This document shows, in pieces, positions 37,189 to 48,286 of a DNA stretch of 64,000 nt (the stretch's first letter is position 1; each line of letters starts with the position of its first letter). The translations under genes and the position numbers were made by a program. Under the pieces are notes generated by a model. The model was not told the origin of the DNA. It worked only from the letters and a program-made list of their open reading frames with translations, and ran no database searches. The stretch covers positions 5,270,001-5,334,000 of the forward strand of contig OU015568.1 of assembly GCA_907165135.1 (NCBI GenBank). The letters run 5' to 3'. Origin of the DNA: Oikopleura dioica (lineage: Eukaryota; Animalia; Chordata).

Positions 37189-37659
37189 TTAATCACCACC
37201 AGATGTGTAGTAGGGCTTTTCGTAAAAGATAGACCTTATTTTATATTCTGAACTCTAAATTATTGAATTAAAGATGAGGCAAACTGTAAGAACTTACAAT
37301 AAGACATTTTCGAAGAATTTTTCAGATGAATAAGAAAGGTAATAATCGCCCAAGAACCCACTCAATAAGTCCACAATCTCTTTACATCGATCCAAATGGC
37401 CTTCGAAAGGCTGCGAAATTCGATAATCATCGTAGACCTCTTCTAATTCCTCGGAGTCGCATGTTTCTTCGAGACATTCTCGTTCCAGATTCCCGGGTAG
37501 TCTCTCTTCCCACAACCTGAATCACAGTTTTGAAATCCAAAAGTCGAATGCTGTGATTCTTACGTAGAAGCACGGCGATTTCTTCCTCGAGTCTTTAAAA
37601 AGTCGCAGCTTTTTCTTTTTCGAAGAACTCGTTTCCCTGAATAAGACCCAAAAGTAAAG
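37189..37659 (-). CDS. Small secreted Gla-domain (vitamin K-dependent) protein; putative first exon at 38453-38446
   Basis: RNRR|ASTLWEERLPGNLERECLEETCDSEELEEVY matches the Gla consensus (LEE..PG.LEREC.EE.C..EE..E) after a furin-type site. The last exon ends GGD*. Confidence 0.85.
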
Positions 37660-37671
37660 CTAACAATTTTA

Positions 37672-38442
37672 GGGTGAGGATATAAAATTTTTGGTTTTTT
37701 TCTAGCGATCCAATCGTCTTGTCCTTCTGGGGGTCTATATTTTCGATGGCGGAGGAAAATTCGGGCGAAAAAATTTTTTCAAAATTTTTGTCATGACTGT
37801 CAAATCACGTGTCAAAAGGCTGAAAATAGGAAAAACGCCTCATCCCATACTTTTTCACACGAAACTTTACTATCTGGTAGAGAATTTTTTCTGATTCGAA
37901 TGATACCAAAAACTTCCTGGTATAGCCACTCTACGGTACACAAAATACTAAAAATATGGTTAATTACGTAATAAAATTGCCATTTTTAGCCGATTACGTA
38001 ATAAATCAGCTGATCGGTTAAATTTTAAATTCTCTTATCTTGTCATATTATTGTTGTATCAAAGTGTTTTTGATATAAGTTCAATTTAAATGATAAAATA
38101 TGGCAATTTTACACTCCAAAAGTACTTTTTCAGCTGATGACGTCATCAATTATTACGTAATTTACCATATATTTGGTACTTCCTGTACCTTAGAGAGGTC
38201 ATACCAGGAAGTTTTTGGTACCATTCGAACCAGAAAAAATTCTCTTTCAGGCCGCAAAGTTACGTTAAAAAAGCTATGGGCAAACATTTATTTTCAATAC
38301 TTTCGGGCTTCTACCACGTGACAAAAAAATTTTCAAAAATTTTTTCAAAATTTTTTTCTCCGACCTTGAATACATATTCAGTCCAAAAATCGAGACGCTC
38401 AGACTGATCGATAGAAAAACCCTAAATTTTATATCAACACCC
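37672..38442. mobile_element. Foldback element with long diverged inverted arms and TA flanks
   Basis: TA|GGGTGAGGATATAAAATTT ... AAATTTTATATCAACACCC|TA. Internal pair GATACCAAAAACTTCCTGGTAT / ATACCAGGAAGTTTTTGGTACC. Confidence 0.75.
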
Positions 38443-38584
38443 TACAATTTCATTCTGAAAGATTTTGAGTTAAAAACTCAGAAAAACTCGTGATTAACTT
38501 TCAAACAAATATGGAGTGGGGTTTAATTGAACACTCAAGATTATAAATCAACAAATTTAATGGCTATTGATGAGCAGTATTTAT

Positions 38585-41500
38585 TCAAATAACAACAAAA
38601 TCAGATGAGAAATTCGAAATATGCTTCGCTCGCAGAAGTTTGATGGAGAAGTCTTCCTTGATTTCGAAAATTTGAATCACAAGTTCTGCTGTCTTATCAC
38701 TTGGGTCGTACACGCCACCGTTCGCTAGAAAATCACGACGTTCCCCATCATTGGCGAGTCGCAAAATTTGACCGTCCCATTGATTATCAACAAATCTAGT
38801 ATTCTCGCTTCTCGGATAAATAAGCGCGAAGGTATTGTCGCTAAGAAAACGAACCCAGGGTTTCACGATGGCAAAATAGCTTTGATATAGCCGAAAATCG
38901 GTATTTCTTAGAATTTGGGGGTTTGTCAGAGGATTTTTGATGACTGTGACGCCAGTATGAACTCCTTCTTGGCTCCATCCAGCGCCAGAATATTGGAGAC
39001 TAGGTAGCGTTTCATTTTATTCTTAAGGGGGTCGACGAGAATCGGGATTTCCGTGACCAAAAATGCGGGAAAACCGGATAAGATAGGGAAAATCTGAGTA
39101 TACTGGTGGATAGAAAAGGGTTGAAAAAATCAGGCGGCGAAAACAAGAAAAAATTTTCGCCAGAAAAAATCGGTCAAAAATCCCCTCAAAGTAGGGCCAT
39201 TTTCCCGAAAATGCACCAAAAATGGCCATTCTTTTTACATTTTTCATAATTTCACCCCCTAAATCTCATATCAAATGTTTTTAGACGGATTCGGGAGGAT
39301 CTGACAATTCCAAAAATATAAGTTTCATAGCCAGACTATGTGTACAAGAGAAATTACGATCACCCCTGAAAAATTCTCGTCGACCCCCCTTAAGGTGGTA
39401 GATATCAAGAATCCCCATTTTCTGTCAGACTTTTCTCCCAAAGTAAAAATAGAAACACCCTTATTTTACTTAAGAAACAAAATTTTGAGACCTTTCTTTA
39501 TTTCCTATAGAAGCCGAAATTACGAATTTCAAAAATATTTTTAGTAGTATTTTTCGTCAAAGATCGCTTATTTTTCGAAAATGGTCATTTTCTCCACAAT
39601 CGGAGGTGCTAGATTTGGATTGTAGCACCTCGAAAGCTCAGAGACTCTAAATTTTTTGCTTCCAGAGGAAAGAGATAATTGCCTGAAATAAATTTTGAGC
39701 AGAAAAAATATGGGGGTCACTATGGTAAAAATTTGAGAAAACACTGACAGCAAATACGATTCATGATATCTACCCCCTTAACTCTTACTCTTACGTCATA
39801 GTCCCTCCAATAATGAAGAGAGCATCTTTTACAGGAACAATCGCGTAGTCCTTGAAATAAATCTCAGTTGTTAACATTTGACCGTTATCATTGAAGCAGT
39901 TATCATTCGGCGATGAAAAGCGAATTTCCTTGATAACATGAGGCGAAAATTTGCAGTGCTCATCAAGCCCTGCTAGGCAAAGTCTGAAGACAGACAGCTC
40001 ATTGAGACAGTCGAAGGAGAAAGAAATTATTCCTTGTTGATTGCCATCCGAAATAGAAACGGCTCTGTTCATTGTTGGGTTCAAAGGAAAGAACATCCGC
40101 CAAAAGGTTGCTTCGATCTTGTTTCCTTGATATGGGTCCAAATGCCGATCAAAATTAGCAAAGTCAAAAGTCGAGTAAGCAGAAATATGAGTTGTTCTTG
40201 CCCTCCAAAAATCAATGTCGTAGCAATCGTACTGTTCTTCTGGGAGATTATTTGTCGAGAGAAAAACGACTTTATTTTTGTAAACTATAGGCGCGCCGAG
40301 TGCAGTCATGTTCATTTTGGTAACCCTTCCGTATTGAAATGGCGTGAGGAGAAATAACTCATTTTCGTAAAGAGAAAGTAATGCATCTTGAATTCTGAAA
40401 AGATGACCCGCACGGACAGGCTTTTCTTGGACCCAGGAAGATGGCGAAGAAGTGATTTCATGATTTATGATTTTTGATTGGTTGAAATTCAAAATTATGG
40501 TTTCTTTTTCCCCGATAATAGATAACGCTTGTCCTTGAAGGTTGCTTGATTCAACCCTGAAGTTCACAGTTTGAAGATCATTCACAACCAACAAGTTGAA
40601 ACTTCCATCTTGAAGGTCAATTACAGCTTCTATATCTTCTTCAAAAATTGCCTCTTTCTTTGTTTCTTTAATTTTGAGCCAGGGAAATTCGACTTTATCC
40701 ATGTAAGAAACTTCTTCTTGGTAATTTTTCCCGATTTTTACGAAATTACTTTCTGAAAAAGTGGCAAAACTGCCGTAGCTCAGATATCGCAAGTCGAAAT
40801 GAGAGGTGTTCTTTATTGAAAACTGACACTGAACCCTATTTTCGGCGTTGAAGTTATAGAGTGAGCCAACTTCGGTTGCCCAAACTTGGTTTTTGAATGA
40901 ATCTTGATTGAGACAACTTGTGGCGTTTTCGAGATAAATGCAGCTGAGGTCATTCGCGTTCATGATGCAAAAAAGATGCTCCCTTATACCAAGTTCCATG
41001 TATAGGGAAATTGGAGTGACCATGAATGCAACCACAGAAACGAGCAAAAATCTTGAATCGTCCGGATTCCACAGAAAAAGTATGAATTTCAGCAAGTAAA
41101 ACATAGATAACAGCGCAAGGACGACTGTAAATGAGGTTCCAAAAACTTGCAAAAGATCATTCTTCTTCACATCAAGTCCATACGTACAGTACGCTTCCTC
41201 CGCTACTGATTTTTGATAGAGAGAGTTCGACAAGATTGCCTCCTTGCTGATTTCATCCGTCAAAATAGAGAAATTTTTCTCGATCATGTAGTCTTGAAAG
41301 ATGTGAAAATCGCTCATCACTTCGTTTTCTTTGACGTTTCTTACGACGAAATTTGTAACTTTTAGTTTTTTGGCGAAGATAAACGAGCTTTTCAATCGAT
41401 GATAAATCTTTTCAATATCTTTATCACCGAAAAGCTGAGAAAAGCAAGAAACCGCCTGGTTGAAAGTATCAACGTCTTCAAAGTTCAAAACAGAATTCTG

Positions 41501-43315
41501 TTTTGGGTCTTGAATCATTTGATGAAGATCGGACTCCCGATTCTTCCTACGACTGTTTTCAATGATTTTTTGATAATTATCAAGGTAAGACTTCGTTTCC
41601 GCTTCGATGTGAAGTAATGCTTCAAAAAGGTTTGTCGCATATCTTTCTTTTTTGAAGGTCAAAAAATTGCCCATTGAACAGATCGAAATAAATCCATGAA
41701 TTTTAAATTCTTCCAAAATGCTTCCCGTGCTTTTGAAATCAGAAACATTGGTCTTTTCTTTCCAATGCTCCAAAAAGATAAAAGGAGACTTTTTCCAGTG
41801 AGGTTGAAACCGATAAATTTCCTGATCATTGAGTGTTTTGTCGGAGCATGGGTCCCAATTTTTCTTCCAACAATAACCTCTGTACTTTTCGATCGGGCTG
41901 AAGCCATTATAAAATTCAAGGGAGCCATTGTTTTTCTTCATTCGCCAACGATTCTCATACGTTTCTTTGATTAGAGAGCTAGAATTGTCGGAAGAACTTG
42001 TTTGATTTGTCAGAAGAATTTTCGCAGCGTTTGATTCAAAGCATACAATAAACGATGGTTCGAACTTGATGAGAAAAAGAGGGGTCATTTTGACGAGGGT
42101 TAGCAAAATGACTCCAACTGTAAATCGCAAGTACATTCGAATAGTTCTCAAGAGCGCGGTAAGAAGCTGTTTCAGATATTGAAGTATTGAGAGAGGGTAG
42201 ATTTTAGGCGATTCTGTCGATTTTTCGCTTATTTTTTCTAGTTCAGAGGAAATCAAGGGCTTCTCGAGTCCATACGATAGAATGCTTGTTATTCGGTGCA
42301 TCTCAAAATCTCCTCCGACAACGATTTCTCCAACCACATTCGCGAGAACAGGAACAACTGGACAGATAACAAACAAAAAAGCCCCTCCGATGAAGTGATC
42401 GTTGTTGAGATATTTCCTCGTTTCCAGCCATCGTCTGTCGTAAAACATCAGCGAAGACACGAGGAATAGCATTCCAGCATTTTCAATAATGCCGAATAAG
42501 GAATTAAGCCCGATGACCGTAAAACTCGACAACGATTTCATCTTTTTCGTTTCCATAAAGAATGGGATGATGGTCGCGCAGCTGGTGGTCAAATAATTCA
42601 AAATAAAAATGGCATCGATGAGCTGAAAATAAGCTCTTGGCGAAATTTGAAAAAGGCGGTCATCATAATCGAATTCCCCGATTGATGGATATGCAATTGA
42701 TAAGAGAATTCTAGCGATCTGAAAAGTCATTTGAATGCTGGTTTCTGTTGACATGATGATCTTCTTGAGCTCATGTTGTCTTCGATCATATTTGATGAAC
42801 TTTTTGACGGTTTTCTGATCTTCTTCCGAGAGTCGTTCAAATGTGCTGTTTTTCTCGACAATTTTCGCCAATGGTCCTCGATATTTATGGAGTTTTATCA
42901 AGTTCATTACTTCAAAAACAGGAATAATGATCGAAATAATTGGCAAAACTGCCCAAATCTGAGAATAAGAAAGGTAGTTTTCAAGGAAATAAAACGAGTT
43001 CTTGTTGAGAATCAGATACAATATTGGATTCAAGAGAATATTCAGCAGCATCGCGAAGGAAATCGCTAATAAGGGCTTTCCGAATAAAATATTCTTTATT
43101 GAATATCAGCAAAAAGCCCTGTCTTTCAAAGCAGGAGCAGAAAAATCATCATGAATCAAATAAAAACTCATCACAATATCCGTCACCAAATCCAAACTCA
43201 CCATAATTATCGACCCGATCAAAACAATCATCCTTACAGCAGCGTTGACCTGAATCGTTACTGACCATTTTCCGGTTCTGAGTAAGTTTTCTCTCTCTCT
43301 GTCGACCGGAAGCAT
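38585..43315 (-). CDS. Very large (~1300 aa) multipass membrane protein with an XK-related (XKR)-like N-terminal region. Exons ~43315-39795 (one in-frame TGA at 43108-43106) and 38999-38585
   Basis: SLDLVTDIVMSFYL and ETSIQMTFQI resemble the XKR D-x-x-T-D and E-S-x-Q motifs. 1086-codon ORF; the GT-AG intron 39794-39000 splices in frame to a further ~137 codons. Confidence 0.65.
39027..39389. mobile_element. TTAA-flanked element A
   Basis: TTAA|GGGGGTCGACGAGAAT ... ATTCTCGTCGACCCCC(C)|TTAA. Confidence 0.85.
39394..39777. mobile_element. TTAA-flanked element B, sharing its left TTAA with element A
   Basis: TTAA|GGTGGTAGATATCA ... TGATATCTACCCCC|TTAA; homologous to 32027-32298. Confidence 0.85.
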
Positions 43316-43465
43316 CTTGTTCTGAGTGAGAAAATCGAGGTGGCTGGAAAGATTTTGAGAAGAAGAATCGGTGAAAATGACATTTTGCCGGACATTTATG
43401 AGACAGAAGTTCTGACAGCTTCATTATTCTTATTCAAGACATGCTTTCTTTAAGGTTAACGAAGT

Positions 43466-44726
43466 TTTCCTGCCCACTTCCGCCTTATAGACCCCCAAAC
43501 ACTGAACCTTTTTAGAATCAGCAGAAAATTTAAAGTACTTTCATGGTTTGAAATTCGAAAAACTCCACTTCCGGTCGATTCTAGAGCCGGAAGTTGACGA
43601 AATTTGTGAGTGAAGGTAAAGAGTGACGTATCAGTTAAAACTGAAAAAAAATCATCAATTTATGCCTTTTTCATAATTTTTCCGGTCGCTTTGACCTCAT
43701 TTAGTACTGTTTCTTCTGATATACTGATTACAGTTAATTATGGAATTTTTGGACATTTTTTGTCCCAAGATTTTCGCAAAAAAGTCCAAAAATTTGATAC
43801 ACGCGGCCAAAAAAAATGTCCCATCCAAATCGCTTAAAAAATTTTTTTTGAGGAAAATCTCCATCATTCTTTGTTTAATCCTTCTTCTAAAGACAAAAAA
43901 TGTTTTAGGGGTACGAGATCAACCTTCAATCTTATCTTTCTCAAAGAAAAAGTAAGATTTTTAATATGAAAAAACTTCATATCTGGCAAAAAAAAACAGA
44001 AAATTTAAAAATTAGGCGCAGAAAATGTCCAAAAATTTGATACGGGCACTTTTGAAAAGTGTCCCAAGAAAACCCCTTAAGGGGGTAGAAACAGCTTTTT
44101 TCCAAAAAAGCCGATTTTTGACCGGCGCTACAGAGAAGAGAATCTTATATTTTCAAATTTTCTCTTCAGGTTTAGATAGATACATCTTAGATCTAGGAGC
44201 ATCTCTATCGAAAGTTTCTTTTAGTCATCAAATTTTTGAGTAATCGGGCTTAAAAGCAACTCATCTCGCCGAAATTCGTTATTTTCGCCAATTTTCAAGC
44301 ACGAATATCTCGAGTCACCTGATAGTTAAACAAATTTCAATCACATTTTTGTGAAGCTTAACCCCTTTTCTAGGAGCATTTATACGGAAATTCCGTTAGC
44401 ATAAATAAATCTTATGTTTTCTTTTATGTAGCTACAGTTCAAAATCGAGAAAGCTGTTTCTACCCCCTTAAAATAGCAAAAATGTCCAAAAATTTGATGT
44501 CCAAAAATTCCATAAAAAACTGTATAGGATAACGCAAAATCTTCTGAGAATCAATTTGATAGGTCACACTTAACCTTAACTCCTAAATTTCGCTTATTTC
44601 CGACTCAAGAATTGACCGGAAACGGAGTTTTCTAGAGTTTTTACCCATCAAAATTCTTAAAATTTCCAGCTGATTTTAAAAAGGTATGGTGTACGGTGGT
44701 CTAAAAGGCGGAAGTAGGCTGGAAAC
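43466..44726. mobile_element. Old foldback element with ~170-bp diverged inverted arms
   Basis: TTTCCTGCCCACTTCCGCCTTATAGACC... versus ...GGTCTAAAAGGCGGAAGTAGGCTGGAAA; the arm similarity extends to about 43635 and 44560. Confidence 0.65.
44081..44467. mobile_element. TTAA-flanked element nested in the 43466-44726 foldback
   Basis: TTAA|GGGGGTAGAAACAGCTTT ... AAAGCTGTTTCTACCCCC|TTAA; 18-bp perfect TIR. Confidence 0.88.
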
Positions 44727-45462
44727 CGTAAAAAACACGTCTGAAGTCACCTAATTTTATTATCCTGGGGCGGGTGAACAAGAAGAATAAAAAGAGTGAA
44801 GTTTGATCGTCAGTTTTCGTGAATAAATAAAATACTGAAAAATTTTTCGTTTTCGATTCTTATGGTTTTCATTATTTTTTTGCAGAAAATCTGGCATTGA
44901 TCGTGTTAATTCGCCTAATGCTGAACTATAATTTCTCCTTTCACTCTCCCTCTACGCCTATGTTACAGCACAGTACAGTTGCCGTAATACAGTACATTTT
45001 GAATGTGAAAATCTTCCGGGCGAGGTCAATGTTTTCGAAATCAAAGTCAACTTCTCAGATTCACTCAGACTCTCAAGGAGCTAGAGGTAAGATGTTTTCA
45101 TTAATTATTTATTCATGTTTTTGGTAGAAAGAGATTTTCGGGTCGTCTCTAGAATAGGGCTTGTTTGTGATGATTTTCGCGGAAAAAATTTAGTTGCGTT
45201 TTGAACAAGTTAAGAACAGTACGAAAAGTGAGTTATTCCGATTTTTGATTAAATTCTAGTGATAATTCAAAATTCTTGAGTTTTACGTAAAAAGGGTTAT
45301 CCAACGCCTTTGAATGCGGAACTTTGAATGAGCGCCTTTGTATTGCAGTAAATAGGCCTCTTCTTACTGTGTTCCAGTTTCATTTTTTTCTTCTTTCGCT
45401 GAGCGAATTTCGCGAACCGCCAAAAACTTAGATCCCGATCTCCCCGCGCATTTTTTTTCGCA

Positions 45463-45469
45463 TATAAAA
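45463..45469 (+). promoter_or_regulatory. Candidate TATA box of the phosphagen kinase gene
   Basis: TATAAAA about 125 nt upstream of the ATG, with Inr-like TCA motifs ~30-40 nt downstream. Confidence 0.45.
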
Positions 45470-45591
45470 GTTCGCCCGAGCGACGATTTTCCGTCACTCC
45501 CGTTTCAGAGATTTTCCGCGAAAGAGACCTCTCTTTTTTCTGAATATTTTTCGTTTTTGAAATCAACAAGGAATAACCAAGCCACTCTAGA

Positions 45592-47487
45592 ATGGTCATC
45601 GCTTCCCAGATCGGTCGAATTGCTGCCGGCTCTGCCGCCGCCGCCGGTACCTTCGTCATGGCTAACAAGGCCAAGGCTGAGGAGCCCGTCGCCGCTCTTG
45701 ATAGCTACCCACCAAATGGCCTTTCTGCTGGTGTTAAGACTCTCCCTGCCTGGATCCAGAAAGGCTGTGGAAGCACGTAAGTACTTTTAAAAACATATAT
45801 TATTCCAAAAAAATAAAGTGTAGGTCAAAATTTATTTCGCAATTAAAAAAGTAAGACCTTTAGCTAAAATAAAGTTTTTTGTGGATATCAAATTTCGGGC
45901 GTAGATACCCTTAAAAATATCTTTTTCTTTTCCGTTGAAAAACGGCATCCGAATTGCGCGCGCGATCTAAATCATGTTTTCAGCGAGTACATCTGCCCGG
46001 AGCGCGGGGCCACCTTCTCTGCTGACAACCCACCCGCTAAGCTTCCTGATCTCTCTCACGTATGTACAGATCTCTTACAGTATCAGCGCTTGAATAAGCG
46101 AACGTTTCAATGGTACTTTTGTTCAATCGCATTTCTAGCACAATTCTTTCTTCGCCGAAACTATGCGAGCCAACCCCAAGCTTTGGGACGAGCTCAAGAA
46201 CAAGACCACTTCCCTTGGTGTCAAGTTCTCCCACTGCATCAAGACCGGTGTTGACAACAAGGGTCACCCCATGATCAAGACCGTCGGAGCCGTTGCTGGT
46301 GATGAGGAATCTTACAAGCTTTTCGCCGTAAGCCTCCGCCCCTCATTATTCTTCTTATCTCTCAATCTAGCCCTTCTTCGACCCCGTCATCAGCGCCCGC
46401 CACAACGGCTACGCTGCCGACGCCGTCCACCCCACCGACTTGGACGTCCGAAAGCTCTCCAAGACTCCCGTCGATCCCACTGGCAAGTACGTCCTCACTT
46501 CTCGATGCCGAACTGGCCGATCTGTCCGAGGCACTCGACTTCCTCCCTGCACTACCTTCCAGGAGCGACGAGAAGTCGAGCGAGTCGTCGTCAAGTCTCT
46601 TCTTTCTATGACTGGCGATCTTGCTGGTGACTACTTCCCCCTTGCTGGTTCTCGATCCTACGCTCCCAAGCCAAACGGTAAAGCTTTCAAACAGATCACT
46701 TTCTCAAAAAATATCTAGGCATGACCCACGAGAAGGAAGAAGCCCTCCGATCCGCTGGAAACCTCTTCCAGGAGCCCGACTCCACCCTCCTCCTCTCTTC
46801 CGGCTGCGGCCGACACTGGCCTGATGCCCGAGGTATCTTCCACAACAACGACCAGAACCTCTTCGTCTGGGTCAACGAAGAAGATCAGATGCGAATCGTC
46901 TCCATGGAGAAGGGCGACAACGTCAAGCGAATCATCGAGCGATTCGCCAAGGCCACCACTGAGATTCAGAAGTGCTTGAAGAACGAGGGCTACGACTTCA
47001 TGCACTCCGAGCATTTGGGATGGATCCTTACTTGCCCATCCAACCTTGGAACTGGTCTCCGAGCCGGCGCCATGGTCAAGGTCCCACACTTCTCTTCCCG
47101 ACCTGATTTCAAGAAGGTTCTCGGCCGAATGGGTCTCCAGGTAAAACTCAACAAAAACGAAGCCATCACTAACCTCTCTTTTCAAGGCCCGAGGTACCGC
47201 TGGTGTCGACTCCGCCTCCACTGGCGGCACCTGGGACATCTCCAACGCTGATCGACTTGGCAAGTCCGAAATCGAGCTCGTCAACATCTTCATCGAAGGT
47301 GTCTCCCAGATCATCCGATGGGAACAGGCCCTCGAGCAGGGACAGAACATCGACGCTGAAGTCGCTGCTATCGGTCTCCCCAAGACTGTCACCATTGAGG
47401 TAAGAAATCAACGACGATTTTTAAACCATAACTCACAACAAAATTCAGGTTCCATTCTCTTCCACCCGAGGCATGAAGCTCGACTAA
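45592..47487 (+). CDS. Phosphagen (ATP:guanidino) kinase, creatine-kinase-like, with a possible mitochondrial-type leader; 7 exons
   Basis: LPDLSHHNS, TGVDNKGHPMIKTVGAVAGDEESY, SRCRTGRS, WPDARGIFHN, VWVNEED, CPSNLGTGLRAG, RGTAGVD and DISNADRLG. Strong C-ending codon bias; AATAAA at 47631. Confidence 0.95.
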
Positions 47488-47689
47488 ATGTTTCCTGTCT
47501 CGACCAAATCGACGCTTCCTGCTCGCTGGACCCGAGCAAGAATGCCGTCACTTTTTACCATCAAACTGTACTAACAAACAAAAACATCAAGTTGTGAAAG
47601 TTCAAAACCATCTCAAGTTGTTTATTCGCGAATAAAACACTTTTCTTTATACCATTTTCTGTTTATTTTATTTCAATATTTCTAGCAGT

Positions 47690-48286
47690 TTTGTTCGAAA
47701 TCAAAGCTCAGTTTTTTTCTTCTTGGGAGGAAGCTTGTAGATGTACTTGATGTAAGGGCTTTGTTTTTCTTCTTCAGTGAGCTTTTGGTGTTCCGAGTCT
47801 TTGTGCATGAATCCTCTTTGTCGGAGCTCTCTTCTTAGTTGCTAAAGCAAAATGAGTCATTTTTCTTTAATGATGGCTTACATAGAGGTTCCAGTTAGTG
47901 ATTTGGAGATCTTCTTTTACTACTCCTTTTCGATTATGGAATTTGATGTAGAGTTCTTTGCAAGGATGAAGATGTTTGAAGCTGAAATTATGCCAGAGGT
48001 TGACTTCATTTTTTGAGAAATCTTTGATCTTAAAGTTCAAATAAGGGGATACCTCCAAAAAAACACTTACCCATGAGTTCGCTGTTGGGCTCCCCTCGAT
48101 CCATCCTCCCGCAATTCTGGCATACTCCGGCAAATTATTCAAGTCATGTTTTCGTCGATGAACAATGGTCTCAACTCGTACCGACTTCACTCCATATTTT
48201 TCCCACCATTCTTCATTCGTTAGTTCTCCGTTGTCAGCCCTGGCAGAAACGCCAAGAAAAAGCAAGGATAAAGCTTTCAGGCGCAT
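47690..48286 (-). CDS. Putative secreted protein of unknown function (about 3 exons)
   Basis: Signal-like MRLKALSLLFLGVSARA; GTAAGT donor after NSW; further open exons down to ~47690. Confidence 0.45.

Noticed and set aside
43106-43108. Selenocysteine as the primary explanation of the in-frame TGA
   Set aside because: No redox motif context and no SECIS recognised by eye; a non-canonical intron or an error is simpler. Kept only as an alternative.
46715-47395. 226-aa minus-strand ORF
   Set aside because: Antisense shadow of the codon-biased phosphagen kinase.
48070-48130. RIAGG as a trypsin activation motif
   Set aside because: No catalytic His, Asp or Ser motifs follow in downstream exons.
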